From assembly GCA_963662315.1 (NCBI GenBank), contig OY759353.1:1536001-1600000 (forward strand): DNA of 64,000 nucleotides, in the 5' to 3' direction. Positions 38,693 to 50,682 of the stretch are shown here, one piece after another (the first letter of the stretch is position 1; the number at the start of each line of letters is the position of its first letter). The DNA is from Geopsychrobacteraceae bacterium (lineage in GTDB: Bacteria > Desulfobacterota > Desulfuromonadia > Desulfuromonadales > Geopsychrobacteraceae). Made by a program: the position numbers and the translations under genes. The notes under the pieces are model-generated. The model made no database searches, had not been told where the DNA came from, and was given only the letters and a program-made list of their open reading frames with translations.

Positions 38693-39922
38693 TCAGAAAA
38701 ATTCACCAAACCAATCTTTCATCCGCTTGGTAAGTCGTTCAAAAATATTCTCATCACCTACCTTGAAAGACTGGACTTTGGTGTTCATGCTGCCATACTT
38801 GACCAGACCCACGGCAGTTGCGTAAATAGGTGAATTTACAACATCTACCAGGCCACCGATATTTAACGGCTTGCCCCGTCTTACCGGCAGGTTAAAGACC
38901 TGCTCTGCTAGTTCCGGCATGCCGGGTAAAATAGCACTGCCTCCGGTAATGACCACACCGGAAGCAATCAGATCGCCATAGCCGCTCTTGATCAATTCAC
39001 GGTTCACCAGGGAAAAGATTTCTTCCACACGTGGTTCCAGGATTTCTGCAAGTAACTGGCGCGACAGAATACGGGGTTCACGCCCCCCCACTGAAGGAAC
39101 TTCAATGGTTTCATCTTTACCGACCATCGAGGTCAGACAACACCCGTAAGCCTGCTTGATCTTTTCAGCTTCCGCCATCGGAGTGCGTAACCCGACGGCG
39201 ATGTCGTTGGTCAGATGATCGCCACCAATGGACAATACAGACGTATGCTTGATAGCCCCTTCCGAGAAGATGGCAATGTCCGAAGTTCCACCACCGATAT
39301 CAACCAGCGCAACACCCAGCTCTTTTTCATCAGGCGAGAGCACCGCTTCACTGCTGGCCAATTGTTCCAGTACGATGTCTGCGACATCCGTTCCAGCTCG
39401 GTTACAGCTTTTTACAATGTTCTGGGCGCTGGCTACGGCACCGGTGACTATGTGAACTTTTGCTTCAAGACGAACACCGCTCATTCCCAGAGGTTCGCGG
39501 ATGCCATCCTGATCATCAATGATGAATTCCTGTGGCAGGATGTGCAGCACTTCGCGATCCATCGGAATGGCAATCGCCTTTGCCGCATCAATAACCCGCT
39601 GCAGATCTTCAGTGCTCACTTCTCGGTTCTTAATGGCGATCACTCCCTGAGAGTTCATCCCCTTGATGTGACCACCAGCGATTCCGGCATAGACAGATTT
39701 GATTTCACAGCCAGCCATCAACTCGGCTTCCCGAATCGCTTTTTGAATCGCGGTTACGGTACTTTCGATATTGATGACAACACCCTTACGCAGTCCTTTA
39801 GACGGACTGGTCCCGATGCCAACAATCTCGAGCCCCTCTTCCGTTAGGTGACCGACAATACAGCATATTTTTGTGGTCCCGATATCGAGGCCAACAATCA
39901 GATTTTCAGATTTTCTGCTCAT
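38693..39922 (-). CDS. ftsA: Cell division protein FtsA
   Basis: GLDIGTTKI, DIGGGT, amphipathic C-terminus WFGEFF. Confidence 0.98.
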   Translation of the reverse strand: MSRKSENLIVGLDIGTTKICCIVGHLTEEGLEIVGIGTSPSKGLRKGVVINIESTVTAIQKAIREAELMAGCEIKSVYAGIAGGHIKGMNSQGVIAIKNREVSTEDLQRVIDAAKAIAIPMDREVLHILPQEFIIDDQDGIREPLGMSGVRLEAKVHIVTGAVASAQNIVKSCNRAGTDVADIVLEQLASSEAVLSPDEKELGVALVDIGGGTSDIAIFSEGAIKHTSVLSIGGDHLTNDIAVGLRTPMAEAEKIKQAYGCCLTSMVGKDETIEVPSVGGREPRILSRQLLAEILEPRVEEIFSLVNRELIKSGYGDLIASGVVITGGSAILPGMPELAEQVFNLPVRRGKPLNIGGLVDVVNSPIYATAVGLVKYGSMNTKVQSFKVGDENIFERLTKRMKDWFGEFF

Positions 39923-39937
39923 GACACCCCCTTGGTA

Positions 39938-40786
39938 TCAGCTCTTGGCCGTTTTGAGCGACCGTTCAATTCTCACGATAACTTTTTCATCAACATTCAA
40001 ATCGATATAATCAAGCATGTTAAATTTTGGCTGTAGCTTACTGTAAATTTTTTCCAGGCGACTGATCTTATTGGCGAATCCGTCCCAGCCGAGGCGAATT
40101 TCCACGCCACCGCTCAGGGTAAACAGGGTCAGCCCACCTTCATTATTCTGATGAATTTCCGAAACCTGGTTCAGGTTGAGAATTTGATGTCCCTTCAATT
40201 CATCAATTAAACTCACGATGGTTTTTAATTTTTTGACATACTTTGGATCATGGGCCTGGGCTTTTTCATAATCGAAACCGGTAATAACCGGATAGTCCAG
40301 ACTGTCATTAGCATCCAGAACCTTGAATATCTCCCCCTGTTGATCAATATAGTACAGATACCCCAGGTTAATGATTGCGACCGGCTCTCTTTCAACTACG
40401 GTAATCAGCACCTTGCGGGGAAAAATGCGCTGCACACTGGCCACCTCAACCCAAGGGTTTTCTTCGATCTTGTGCCCGATCATATTGAGATCAAGATGAA
40501 AGGTATTAACTCCATACTCGATATCAGACAGAGCGATGGTCTGAACTGTGGTTAAGCGTGTATTTCCCACAACCTCAACCTGATCGATACGAAACAGGTC
40601 CGAGGCCATCATAAACTGCACGACAAAAAAACTGCCCACGACAATCAGAATTGCGCTGAAGACGGCAACAAATATCTTTAAAGACCGATGAAGTATCGCC
40701 CTGAAGTTGATCTTTTTCGATACATTCAGGGACTTATTCCCTCGCACTTTTTTAGTTTTCTGGTTATGCCGCTTCAAGTCATGCAT
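39938..40786 (-). CDS. ftsQ: Cell division protein FtsQ/DivIB
   Basis: Single TM, POTRA domain (PWVEVASVQRIFP...EREP), YIDL; position in dcw. Confidence 0.92.
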   Translation of the reverse strand: MHDLKRHNQKTKKVRGNKSLNVSKKINFRAILHRSLKIFVAVFSAILIVVGSFFVVQFMMASDLFRIDQVEVVGNTRLTTVQTIALSDIEYGVNTFHLDLNMIGHKIEENPWVEVASVQRIFPRKVLITVVEREPVAIINLGYLYYIDQQGEIFKVLDANDSLDYPVITGFDYEKAQAHDPKYVKKLKTIVSLIDELKGHQILNLNQVSEIHQNNEGGLTLFTLSGGVEIRLGWDGFANKISRLEKIYSKLQPKFNMLDYIDLNVDEKVIVRIERSLKTAKS

Positions 40787-40798
40787 CGTGTCGTTACC

Positions 40799-41734
40799 CT
40801 ATTTATCAAGGTCCGCATCAAGCAGAATTTTTTCAACCAGTTCGGCAAATGAGTATCCATATTCACCAGCAGCCTTGGGTAACAGGCTGGTTTCTGTCAT
40901 TCCGGGGATGGTATTGACTTCAATACAGAAATAGCTGTCCCCCCTGACCATAAAATCAACCCGTGCAGCGCCCCGGCATCCTAGCGCCAGACATACTTTT
41001 TCTGCAGCTGCCTGCACGTTGACATAAGTGTCTTCGGCAACTGGAGCCGGTAATAAATATTGGGTATCTCCGCTCAAATATTTAGCCTGATAATCATAGA
41101 AACCGCTTTTCGGTACAATCTTGATAATCGGCAGGGCGACACCATTGAGAACAGAAACCGTTAACTCATCACCAGCAATAAATTCTTCAACCAACACACT
41201 GCCATCAAGTTCGGCCGCCTGGCTGATTCCGCGTTCTAGAGCGGCCTGATCGTTAGCAATCGTAATACCGATAGTCGAGCCTTCCCGGGATGGCTTTACC
41301 ACTGCGGGTAAATCGGTCCAGCGCTTGAGCAGACTTCTCGCATCTTCTCCCGGGCGGACAAAGTCAAATCTGGGCGTTGGCACCTGATGAAACATCAGCA
41401 ACTGCTTGGTCAGCACTTTATCAATAGCGATGGCCGAGGCAGCTACACCACTTCCGGTGTAAGGGATGCCAAGCATCTCAAGCAAGCCCTGGACCCGGCC
41501 ATCTTCACCAAAACGACCATGCAACGCAATAAAAGCCACCTCTGCATTGACCGCTTTGAGCTGAGCAGGCAAATCCTGTCCGACATCGACGGCGACCGCG
41601 TCATAACCCATCTGTTGTAATGCGATTAAGGCCGCCGTTCCGGTTTTCAGGGAGATATCACGCTCAGCCGACAACCCTCCCATGAGGACGGCAATTTTGC
41701 GGGCCAGCATTGTTTCACGACTGAAACAGGTCAC
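40799..41734 (-). CDS. ddl: D-alanine--D-alanine ligase
   Basis: [36 protein letters not shown]. Confidence 0.96.
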   Translation of the reverse strand: MTCFSRETMLARKIAVLMGGLSAERDISLKTGTAALIALQQMGYDAVAVDVGQDLPAQLKAVNAEVAFIALHGRFGEDGRVQGLLEMLGIPYTGSGVAASAIAIDKVLTKQLLMFHQVPTPRFDFVRPGEDARSLLKRWTDLPAVVKPSREGSTIGITIANDQAALERGISQAAELDGSVLVEEFIAGDELTVSVLNGVALPIIKIVPKSGFYDYQAKYLSGDTQYLLPAPVAEDTYVNVQAAAEKVCLALGCRGAARVDFMVRGDSYFCIEVNTIPGMTETSLLPKAAGEYGYSFAELVEKILLDADLDK

Positions 41735-43116
41735 AGTTGGGGCTCCTTTGCTTTAAGCAGCTCAGCAACCTGCCCGCACACCTGATTAACACTTCCGGCA
41801 CCTAGGGTTATCAGCATGTCCCCTGCTCCCAGAATGCTTGCTGCGTGGGCACTGACCTCCTCAAGAGTTGCCAGATAGGTGACATCCTTATGGCCGTGAC
41901 TGGTAATGCCTGCGGCCAGCGCTTCTGCTGTGGCACCGTCAATAGGAGTTTCTCCTGCCGCGTAAACATCCGTTACGATTAAGACGTCGGCCTGATAGAA
42001 AGCTGTCAAGAATTCCTGAAACAAGGCTTGCGTACGGCTGTAACGATGGGGCTGAAATACAGCGACGATCCGCTTATTCCAACCGCTTTTGGCCGCGGCG
42101 AGGGTCGCACGTATTTCGGCCGGATGATGGCCGTAATCATCTATGATCATGATGCCATCGACTTCATCACGCACCTGGAAGCGCCGCTGCAAGCCACCAA
42201 AATTTCTGAATCCTCCGACAATAGTCTGAAATGGAATTTCCAGCTCGTGGGCAACCGCAATAACGGCCAGTGCATTAAGCACATTATGTGATCCCGGCAT
42301 ACGGAAGGAAACCCGCCCTAACTCTTGGCCTTGATGATAGGCAATAAAGCTGGTGCGCCCCTGGCGATGAGTTATCTCTTCAGCATAAAAATCCGCCTGT
42401 GACGAAAAACCATAGGTTGTGAAACGTTTCTTAACCTTGGGCAGAATCTCCTGAATGTTGCGATCTTCAAGGCATAAAACAGCTCTGCCGTAAAACGGGA
42501 CCTTATTGATAAAATCGACAAATATCTGTTTGATTTCTTCAATGCCGGAGTAATAGTCGAGATGATCCTCATCGATATTGGTGACAACGGCGATGGTCGG
42601 TGACAGATGCATAAAAGAACCATCTGATTCATCAGCTTCAGCGACCAGAAACTTACCGCGACCCAATTTCGCATTGGACCCAAAGGCGTCAAGCTTGCCG
42701 CCAATGACAGCGGTTGGGTCAATACCTGCGTGAAACAGAATAAGCGCCATCATGCTGGTGGTTGTGGTTTTCCCATGAGTACCCGCAATCGCTATGCCAT
42801 ACTTCATGCGCATTAATTCAGCTAACATCTCTGCGCGTGGAATAACGGCAATGTGGCGCTTATTTGCTTCTACAACTTCAGGATTATCAGCCTTGACGGC
42901 CGTCGAAGTGACAACGACATCAACCTCTTGAATGTTTTCGGCCTGGTGCCCGATCATGATTTCACCACCAAGGTCAGCCAGACGGCGTGTTGTATCTGAG
43001 TCACGCAAGTCGGAGCCGGATACACGGTAGCCTTGATTGAGCAATAGTTCTGCGATCCCGCTCATACCGATGCCACCAATGCCGACAAAATGAATTTTCT
43101 TAATGCGTCCGTACAT
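41731..43116 (-). CDS. murC: UDP-N-acetylmuramate--L-alanine ligase
   Basis: [42 protein letters not shown]. Confidence 0.97.
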   Translation of the reverse strand: MYGRIKKIHFVGIGGIGMSGIAELLLNQGYRVSGSDLRDSDTTRRLADLGGEIMIGHQAENIQEVDVVVTSTAVKADNPEVVEANKRHIAVIPRAEMLAELMRMKYGIAIAGTHGKTTTTSMMALILFHAGIDPTAVIGGKLDAFGSNAKLGRGKFLVAEADESDGSFMHLSPTIAVVTNIDEDHLDYYSGIEEIKQIFVDFINKVPFYGRAVLCLEDRNIQEILPKVKKRFTTYGFSSQADFYAEEITHRQGRTSFIAYHQGQELGRVSFRMPGSHNVLNALAVIAVAHELEIPFQTIVGGFRNFGGLQRRFQVRDEVDGIMIIDDYGHHPAEIRATLAAAKSGWNKRIVAVFQPHRYSRTQALFQEFLTAFYQADVLIVTDVYAAGETPIDGATAEALAAGITSHGHKDVTYLATLEEVSAHAASILGAGDMLITLGAGSVNQVCGQVAELLKAKEPQL

Positions 43117-43130
43117 TGCTTGTCTCCGTT

Positions 43131-44207
43131 TTATCCCATCCCCGTAAGGGTTCGACATTCAGTCAATATTTTCGCTGCCGCGCCTGGTTTACCAAGCTCC
43201 CGGCCACATTCAGCCATCAGGTGTAAACGCTCACGATCACTGAACAGTATTTCTATCTTCATCGCCAAGGTCTGCGCGTCCATATCTTTTTGCAGCAGGA
43301 CGTCTACTGCTCCGGCACTTTCTAAGGCCCTGGCATTAGCTGTCTGATGATCAGCTGCCGCATAAGGAAACGGAATCAGGATAGCTGGACGCCCGGCTAC
43401 GGCCAGTTCGGCCAGCGTCGTTGCACCAGCACGGCAAACAACCAGGCTTGCTTCGCTATAAGCAGCAGCCATATCGTCGATAAACGGAACAACCTGGGCG
43501 GCATCGAGACCCGCCTTTTGGTATGCATCCCTGACTTGAGCGAAATCTTCATCACCCGTCTGATGATACAGTTGTGGTCGGTCTGGCCATTCTTTCAAAA
43601 GAGGCAACATTGCAATCACGGCCTGATTAATGGCACGTGCACCACGGCTGCCGCCAAAAATCAGCAATTTACCAGGCTCTGGCAGTTCAGGCGTCACTTG
43701 TTCCAGCCCTTTACGCAGGGGATTACCGGTAACAATTGTGCGCTCGGTCGGAAATCCATGACCACTTTCAGGAAACGATATAAATATTTTGCTCGCGCCT
43801 TTGGCCAACAACCGGTTACTCAGCCCTGGTTGAGCGTTCTGCTCGTGGATTACATAGGGAATCCCAGCCAGCCTGGCGGCAATTAAAACCGGCACCGAGG
43901 CATAGCCTCCTACCCCCACGACGATGTCGGGTCTGAACTGCTTCAAAATTGTTCGCGCCTGCCCCAAACTCTTATAGAGCTTAGGCAACAGCTCAAAGCG
44001 TCCTTGCCATCCCCTGCCGACCACTCCCACCATATCGACTGTTTCCAAGGCAAACCCCAACTTCGGGATCAGGCGCTGTTCCAGGCCGTGCTCAGTACCG
44101 ACAAACAGGACGCTGGCCTGAGGGTCCTGGTCAAGCAGTTCCTGGGCCAATGCGACAGCCGGAAACAAGTGACCACCGGTCCCACCGCCGGCAAGCAACA
44201 ATTTCAT
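43131..44207 (-). CDS. murG: Lipid II GlcNAc transferase MurG
   Basis: GGGTGGH, GGYAS, HEQN, GGSRGA, HQTG, HQTANA. Confidence 0.97.
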   Translation of the reverse strand: MKLLLAGGGTGGHLFPAVALAQELLDQDPQASVLFVGTEHGLEQRLIPKLGFALETVDMVGVVGRGWQGRFELLPKLYKSLGQARTILKQFRPDIVVGVGGYASVPVLIAARLAGIPYVIHEQNAQPGLSNRLLAKGASKIFISFPESGHGFPTERTIVTGNPLRKGLEQVTPELPEPGKLLIFGGSRGARAINQAVIAMLPLLKEWPDRPQLYHQTGDEDFAQVRDAYQKAGLDAAQVVPFIDDMAAAYSEASLVVCRAGATTLAELAVAGRPAILIPFPYAAADHQTANARALESAGAVDVLLQKDMDAQTLAMKIEILFSDRERLHLMAECGRELGKPGAAAKILTECRTLTGMG

Positions 44208-45304
44208 TGTACCCTCCCGGTTGTGGAGGAAATATTGAGCAGAATGCCGACTTCGACCAGACACACGATCAAACTGGTTCCACCGAATGAAATAAATGGC
44301 AGAGCCAAGCCCTTGGTCGGCAGCAATCCCATGCAGACCGACAGGTTCACAAACGCTTCCAGCCCTAAAAGCAGGCTTAATCCGAAGGCAAGGTTACGAC
44401 CGAAGGGATCCTGGCAGTTCAAGGCAATCTTAATCCCGCACAGCACGAGAGTCAGGAACAGGGCAGCAACCACGACAACCCCAATCAGGCCAAGTTCTTC
44501 ACCGATCACTGAGAAAATAAAATCGGTATGCGCCTCAGGAAGGTAGAAAAGCTTCTGCTCGCCAATCCCCAGACCCTGTCCGAAGATGCCCCCTTTACCA
44601 AACGCAACCAGGCTTTGTATGATCTGGAATCCGGTATTAAAGGGGTCATCCCAGGGATCCAGAAAAGCCATGATCCGGCGCCGGCGATAGTCAACCTGCA
44701 TGACCAGTAGATACAGAACCGGTAAGGACATCAGCACGGTTGGCAGCAGGTACAACCAGCGCACTCCGGCAACGATCAACATACCAAAGGAAACACCGGC
44801 GATAATCATGGCACTGCCCAGATCAGGCTGTTTCAGCAGTATCAGCAACAGCACGCCAAGGACGATCATATAGGGAAGATATCCCTTGGATAAGGAACGG
44901 ACTTTTTCCTTTTTCCGGGTTAAGGAATGGGCCAGGTACAACACCATTGACAGCTTTACCAGCTCTGCCGGTTGCAGAGTAAAGCCGGGCAAACGCAGCC
45001 AGCGCATCGCTCCTCCGACTCGAATACCCAGTCCCGGGATAAAGAGCATCATCAGCAGGACGATACTGCTTAATAAACTTATTACCGCCAGTTTTCGCCA
45101 GTTTTCATACTTGAAGTAGGTGGCCCCGGCCATCATGACAAATCCGACCAGGGTATAAACCAGTTGCCTTTTGAGGAAGTAGAAACCATCATGAAAACGT
45201 TCAGCCGCCATAATCGCAGAAGACGAATAGACCATAACGACCCCGATGCAGGTCAACGCTACGGTCACCACCAATACCGAAGTATCAACCTCACGCCTTA
45301 TCAT
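44204..45304 (-). CDS. ftsW: SEDS peptidoglycan polymerase FtsW
   Basis: RWLRL..FTLQPAELVK, QPDLG, LPEAHTDF, LPTKGL.LPFISFGG. Confidence 0.96.
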   Translation of the reverse strand: MIRREVDTSVLVVTVALTCIGVVMVYSSSAIMAAERFHDGFYFLKRQLVYTLVGFVMMAGATYFKYENWRKLAVISLLSSIVLLMMLFIPGLGIRVGGAMRWLRLPGFTLQPAELVKLSMVLYLAHSLTRKKEKVRSLSKGYLPYMIVLGVLLLILLKQPDLGSAMIIAGVSFGMLIVAGVRWLYLLPTVLMSLPVLYLLVMQVDYRRRRIMAFLDPWDDPFNTGFQIIQSLVAFGKGGIFGQGLGIGEQKLFYLPEAHTDFIFSVIGEELGLIGVVVVAALFLTLVLCGIKIALNCQDPFGRNLAFGLSLLLGLEAFVNLSVCMGLLPTKGLALPFISFGGTSLIVCLVEVGILLNISSTTGRVQ

Positions 45305-46661
45305 CACTGGCTCCTGCGGTAGGTAAGGCGTTAACCAGGCGGGCAAAATCCCGTCCGCGTTCCTGATAGTTCTTATACATGTCGTAGCTGGAGCAGGCCG
45401 GAGATAACAATACATCGCACCCTGGCCCCGTCAGTGCGTAGGCCAGCCTTACCGCAGTCTTCATATCCGACGCCAAACGTATCTCGCAGCAGCCAGCCAG
45501 CTCTGCTGCCATATTTTGAGCTGCATTACCAATCAGGATCAGATGTTTGACTTTTTCTTTAATAAGGGGTTTCAGGGGGGCATAGGACGACCCTTTATGA
45601 ACCCCACCGGCAATCAGGGTGGCATCATTGTTGAGGCCGGCGATACTCTTAACGACACTGGCCACATTGGTGCCCTTTGAATCGTTTATCCAGCGCACGC
45701 CATTAACCTCGCGGATGAACTCCATGCGATGCTCTAGGCCCTGAAAACTTGCGACAGCGGGCCAGCATTGCTCGCTGTCACAGCCGGCAACAAGTACTGC
45801 AGCCAATGCTGCCATGACATTTTCAATATTATGTTCACCCTGCAAAGGGAAACGATCCAGGTTAAAAACAACGGATTGATCCTGCCAGTTCCAGATCAAC
45901 TCGGATTCCTTACGGATCATCCCCTGCACCTTCTTGCCTGAGGCAGAAAACCACACCTTCGTTGCCGCTATCCCCTGCGTCAGACGGCATACTTCAGCGT
46001 CATCAGCGTTCAGAATGGCAAAGTCGTCGCAGGTCATATTGCGGAACAGATTCAGCTTGGCCTGATAATAACTCTCCAGATCCCGATAGCGATCAAGATG
46101 ATCCGGGGTCAGATTAAGCAGAAGACCTATTGCCGGATGAAAGCGATCAATGGTTTCCAACTGGAAGGATGACAGTTCAACGACAACGCTATCAAAGTCA
46201 TCCGTACAGGCCGCAACCAAAGGCGTGCCGAGATTTCCTCCGGTAAATACCCGCTGACCACAACTTGAAAGAAAATGCCCGATCAGGCTGGTTGTCGTTG
46301 ATTTGCCATTGGTCCCGGTAATACCGATTATCGGTGCACTGATTTCGCGCCCAGCCAATTCGACTTCTCCCCAGACCGGGATATTACAGGAACGAGCTCG
46401 CTGCACGGGCGCGATTGTCTGCGGGACACCGGGACTTAAAGCAATTAAATCTGCCTGTTCAAACAGCTCAAGAGTATGACCACCAAAATCTTTGCGGATC
46501 GGAAGCTGAAGCAGAGATTCGATCCCGGCGATCTCCTTCTCCTTGCGGTAGTCTGATAACGCAACAGTTGCACCGCGCTCCAGCAGAAAGCGCACCAGCG
46601 CCTGACCACTCAGGCCTGCGCCGACAACAACCACACGTTTATTAGTAAAATTCTGTTTCAT
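45291..46661 (-). CDS. murD: UDP-MurNAc-L-Ala--D-glutamate ligase
   Basis: [40 protein letters not shown]. Confidence 0.97.
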   Translation of the reverse strand: MKQNFTNKRVVVVGAGLSGQALVRFLLERGATVALSDYRKEKEIAGIESLLQLPIRKDFGGHTLELFEQADLIALSPGVPQTIAPVQRARSCNIPVWGEVELAGREISAPIIGITGTNGKSTTTSLIGHFLSSCGQRVFTGGNLGTPLVAACTDDFDSVVVELSSFQLETIDRFHPAIGLLLNLTPDHLDRYRDLESYYQAKLNLFRNMTCDDFAILNADDAEVCRLTQGIAATKVWFSASGKKVQGMIRKESELIWNWQDQSVVFNLDRFPLQGEHNIENVMAALAAVLVAGCDSEQCWPAVASFQGLEHRMEFIREVNGVRWINDSKGTNVASVVKSIAGLNNDATLIAGGVHKGSSYAPLKPLIKEKVKHLILIGNAAQNMAAELAGCCEIRLASDMKTAVRLAYALTGPGCDVLLSPACSSYDMYKNYQERGRDFARLVNALPTAGASDDKA

Positions 46662-47734
46662 CGCAATTTCAATGTCGACAAGGCAATCAGAGCCAGGATA
46701 ATGCTGATAATCCAGAACCTGACTATTATCTTGGGTTCCGGCCACCCTTTCAGCTCAAAGTGGTGGTGAATAGGGGCCATGCGAAATACCCGCCGTCCCC
46801 AGTATCTGAAGGATGTGACCTGAACAATTACCGAGAGGGCTTCGATAACGAAAATCCCCCCGACGATGACCAGCAGGAACTCATTTTTGGTGATAACCGC
46901 GACAACACCAAGAGCCCCCCCCAGTGACAGGCTACCAACATCGCCCATGAAGACCTGGGCAGGATAACTGTTGAACCACAAAAATCCGAGGCCAGCCCCA
47001 ACCATGGCCCCACACAAGATTGCCAGTTCACCGGCCCCTTGAATGCTGGTGATTTGCAGATAGTTTGCAAGTTTGGCATTACCAGCCAGGTAGGCCAGCA
47101 TCAGAAAGGTTCCTGCGGCAATGATCATCGGCCCGATAGCCAGGCCATCGAGACCATCGGTCAGATTCACAGCGTTGCTGGCACCAACCATGACCAGTAT
47201 GGCAAAGGGTACGTAAAAGATACCCAGGTCGGGATTGACATTTTTTAAAAAAGGCACACTCAGGTGCGTATCAAAACCGGCACTAAAATAGAGCAGCAGC
47301 GCAGCAGCTGTGGCAATAACAATCTGCCAGAACATTTTTTGCCGGGCCGAAATACCGTCACTGTTTTTTCTTACGACTTTCAGATAGTCATCAATAAATC
47401 CGACAGCGCCATAGCCAGCCGTGACCAGCAGCGTCACCCATATGTACAGGTTGCTTAAATCAGCCCATAACAATGTCGGAAGAATAATGGCCAACAGAAT
47501 CATTGCCCCACCCATGGTTGGGGTTCCTTCTTTCACAAAATGGGACTCCGGTCCGACTTTGCGGATCGACTGTCCGATCTGCAGCCGTTGTAACGTCGCT
47601 ATCAGCCATGGACCCAGCATGAATGAGATCATCAGCGCTGTTATCGTTGCGTAAATGGTCCTGAAAGTGATGTAGCGAAAAACGTACAGCACGGAGTATT
47701 CGGTATGTAATGGGTACAAGAGGTGGTATAGCAC
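46658..47734 (-). CDS. mraY: Phospho-N-acetylmuramoyl-pentapeptide transferase
   Basis: [36 protein letters not shown]. Confidence 0.98.
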   Translation of the reverse strand: MLYHLLYPLHTEYSVLYVFRYITFRTIYATITALMISFMLGPWLIATLQRLQIGQSIRKVGPESHFVKEGTPTMGGAMILLAIILPTLLWADLSNLYIWVTLLVTAGYGAVGFIDDYLKVVRKNSDGISARQKMFWQIVIATAAALLLYFSAGFDTHLSVPFLKNVNPDLGIFYVPFAILVMVGASNAVNLTDGLDGLAIGPMIIAAGTFLMLAYLAGNAKLANYLQITSIQGAGELAILCGAMVGAGLGFLWFNSYPAQVFMGDVGSLSLGGALGVVAVITKNEFLLVIVGGIFVIEALSVIVQVTSFRYWGRRVFRMAPIHHHFELKGWPEPKIIVRFWIISIILALIALSTLKLR

Positions 47735-47737
47735 CTG

Positions 47738-49135
47738 TCATTCCCCTTTCTGACTATCTAAGAAAGTATCGTTGGCAGGAGCCTTTAGTGCAGCAACCAC
47801 CTTATCAAGACGAATGCCCCGTGAGCCTTTAACCAGAATCATGTCCCCTGAGCGTTGTTCTTCTTTTAAAAAAGCTGCCGCCGTATCAGCATCCGCTTTC
47901 ACAACGACCTGTTTCGGGTTTAATCCAGCATTTGTCGCACCGCGTTTCAGATCATCAGCAAATGAGCCAACAGCAATGAGCAGATCAACGATGGGGGCAC
48001 TGGCTGCCCCTAACTGCTCATGAAGTGATGCGGAATCCGAACCGAGTTCCAGCATATCGCCAAGCACTGCAATTCGTCTGCCACGCCCCCGGAAGTTGGC
48101 AAGTGCGTCTAACGCAGCGCGTGCTGACAATGGATTCGAATTATAACTGTCATCCAGCAGGATTCCGCCACATGGCAGGGGATTCAAATCCATCCGCCCC
48201 TGAGCCGCCTTAAAGGACTCAAGACCTGCTTTGATCTGTAAAACAGGGACCTCGCTTTCGAATGCAGCGGCAGCTGCAGCAAGAGCATTATGGACATTGT
48301 GGACACCCGGTATCGGCAGAGTCACCGCTACAATGTCATCATTTATACACAGCTCAAACTGGGTTGAATCATCGGCACTAATAACATTCTGGGCACGCAC
48401 CTGAGCTTTTTGATTGAGACCGTAGGTTATTTTTTTAACCCCGTTGGCAACCGGCAGACGCGCGACCCGCTCATCATCCAGATTGATAACTGCAGCACCA
48501 CCCTGAAGACCGGCAAACAACTCTCCTTTCGCCCTGGCGACACCGTCCAGCCCCTGTAGCGTTTCGAGGTGCGCCGGACCAACATTGGTTATAATGCCAA
48601 TGGTTGGCTGAGCGATCTGCGTCAGGCGCTCAATTTCGCCCAGTGCACTAGTTCCCATTTCAACAACGGCCCATTGGTCATGGGGGGTCATGCGTAACAG
48701 GGTTAAAGGCAGACCGATTAAATTATTGAAGTTCCCTGCAGTCTTTAATCCCGGCCCGGTTTTTTCATAGATACTCGCCAGCATTTCTTTGGTCGTTGTT
48801 TTGCCAGCCGAGCCGGTAATACCCACCAACGGACCCCGCAGCTGCTGCCGCCACACTGAAGCAATATCTCCGAGAGCCTTAAGAGTATTAGCAACCCTGA
48901 CCACCGGTACGCTCAAGCCGGCGATCACTTCTTCACTCAGACAGGCCGCCGCTCCGTTCGTTACCGCCTGACTCAGGTAGTCATGACCATCAAAGCGCTC
49001 ACCACGCAGCGGAATAAACAGTGCCCCAGGTTCCATACTGCGACTATCAGTTGAGATGCCGGAAATTGGGCAGGCTCCTTTTTTACCGGAGACTGTGCCG
49101 CCTGTAATTGTCGCGATCCGATCAAGATCAAACAT
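47738..49135 (-). CDS. murF: UDP-MurNAc-tripeptide--D-Ala-D-Ala ligase
   Basis: ITGSAGKTTTKE, NFNNLIGLPLT, DSYNSNP, GDMLELG, VKGSRG. Confidence 0.97.
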   Translation of the reverse strand: MFDLDRIATITGGTVSGKKGACPISGISTDSRSMEPGALFIPLRGERFDGHDYLSQAVTNGAAACLSEEVIAGLSVPVVRVANTLKALGDIASVWRQQLRGPLVGITGSAGKTTTKEMLASIYEKTGPGLKTAGNFNNLIGLPLTLLRMTPHDQWAVVEMGTSALGEIERLTQIAQPTIGIITNVGPAHLETLQGLDGVARAKGELFAGLQGGAAVINLDDERVARLPVANGVKKITYGLNQKAQVRAQNVISADDSTQFELCINDDIVAVTLPIPGVHNVHNALAAAAAAFESEVPVLQIKAGLESFKAAQGRMDLNPLPCGGILLDDSYNSNPLSARAALDALANFRGRGRRIAVLGDMLELGSDSASLHEQLGAASAPIVDLLIAVGSFADDLKRGATNAGLNPKQVVVKADADTAAAFLKEEQRSGDMILVKGSRGIRLDKVVAALKAPANDTFLDSQKGE

Positions 49136-50657
49136 GGGAACCGGCCTTCACATCCGAAGAAGAACAAGGTACGGCCAAGGCTCTGGCTAATTCTTCACGA
49201 TCATCAAAATGAATCTTAGTTCTCCCCAGAATCTGATAGTCCTCATGCCCCTTACCGGCGACCAGCAGCAGATCACCAGCTTCTGCGACCCGGCAGGCAA
49301 ACGTGATTGCGCTGCGCCGGTCGGGAAGCATTACAAAACCATCCTGTCCTGCCAGCGCCTCAGCTTCCGATAATTCCGGGACACCGGTCTCCAATGCACC
49401 TTGTTTAATCTGGTCAAGAATTGCTAATGGATCCTCGGTACGTGGATTATCTGAAGTAAAAATAGTTAATTGAGAGTAGCGGATGGCTGCTTTCGCCATA
49501 ACCGGGCGTTTTGACGGATCCCGATCGCCCCCGCAACCAACCACAGTTATGCATCTGGAATGCTCAAGGTTCACCAGTGTTTTCAAAACCTGTTCCAGGG
49601 CGTCCCCGGTATGTGCGTAATCAACCAGAGCAAGAACTCCGCGGGAATTCGGAACCACCTCAACCCGTCCCGGCACCTGCTTCATATTTTGCAGTCCACG
49701 AGTAATTACGGCAGCATCAATTCCAAGTTGTTGACTTACCGCTACCGCGGCCAGCAGGTTACTGACGTTAAAGTCTCCGATCAGAGAGCTGTCAACCTGC
49801 AAGGGGCCATAAGCGCCTGAAATGGCACCATGAATACCGTCACGACTGACACAGACATCTTCAACCGTTACATCTGCTTCAGCATAACGACCGAAAGATG
49901 TCAAAGAAGGAATTTCCGACAATAGTCGGCGACCGTAAACATCATCGGCATTTGCTACGCCCTTCCCTCCATTAAGCAGGTCACTGAACAAACGTTTTTT
50001 ACTCAGGTAATAGTCTTCAAGGGTTTTATGGTAATCGAGATGCTCTGCAGTCAGATTAGTAAATGCGACGGCATCGAACTCAACACCATCTGCACGGTGC
50101 TGTTCCAGTGCATGGGAAGAAACTTCAAGGATAAAGGCGTTCGCCCCCTGTTCCCGGAAATCACGCATCATGCTGATCAGTTCAAGAGATTCAGGGGTGG
50201 TATGGGAAGAGGCCAGACGCTTATCACCGCAACGATATTCGATGGTTCCAAAAACAGCGGGATTATAGCCAGCCTCTTTGAGGATAGCTTCGATCAGGTA
50301 GGTAATAGTCGTCTTGCCATTAGTCCCAGTAATTCCTATCGTAGGAACGCCCTTACTCGGATGCCCATAGTATACGGCCCCCATACGAGCCATGGCCATA
50401 CGCGCATTGGCAACCTTGATGAAGGAGACGCCCGACGCATCCACAAGCGGATCATGTTCACTGACAATCGCCGTAGCACCTTGTTCGAGAGCCTGAGGAA
50501 TAAACCTGGCACCGTCAACATTTACCCCTGGCAAGGCAAAGAACAGACTCCCGGATGTCACCTGACGGGAATCGTATGCCAGACCCGTTATTTCGAGCTC
50601 CTGTTCACCGATCACCGTTACCGGCTGAACCACTGCAAGCATATCCTTTAAATTCAT
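49128..50657 (-). CDS. murE: UDP-MurNAc-L-Ala-D-Glu--meso-diaminopimelate ligase
   Basis: TGTNGKTT, EVSSH, DYAHT, DNPR (DAP-type), AGKGHE. Confidence 0.97.
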   Translation of the reverse strand: MNLKDMLAVVQPVTVIGEQELEITGLAYDSRQVTSGSLFFALPGVNVDGARFIPQALEQGATAIVSEHDPLVDASGVSFIKVANARMAMARMGAVYYGHPSKGVPTIGITGTNGKTTITYLIEAILKEAGYNPAVFGTIEYRCGDKRLASSHTTPESLELISMMRDFREQGANAFILEVSSHALEQHRADGVEFDAVAFTNLTAEHLDYHKTLEDYYLSKKRLFSDLLNGGKGVANADDVYGRRLLSEIPSLTSFGRYAEADVTVEDVCVSRDGIHGAISGAYGPLQVDSSLIGDFNVSNLLAAVAVSQQLGIDAAVITRGLQNMKQVPGRVEVVPNSRGVLALVDYAHTGDALEQVLKTLVNLEHSRCITVVGCGGDRDPSKRPVMAKAAIRYSQLTIFTSDNPRTEDPLAILDQIKQGALETGVPELSEAEALAGQDGFVMLPDRRSAITFACRVAEAGDLLLVAGKGHEDYQILGRTKIHFDDREELARALAVPCSSSDVKAGSHV

Positions 50658-50682
50658 ACGCTTTTCCTATCGATGAATCCCG

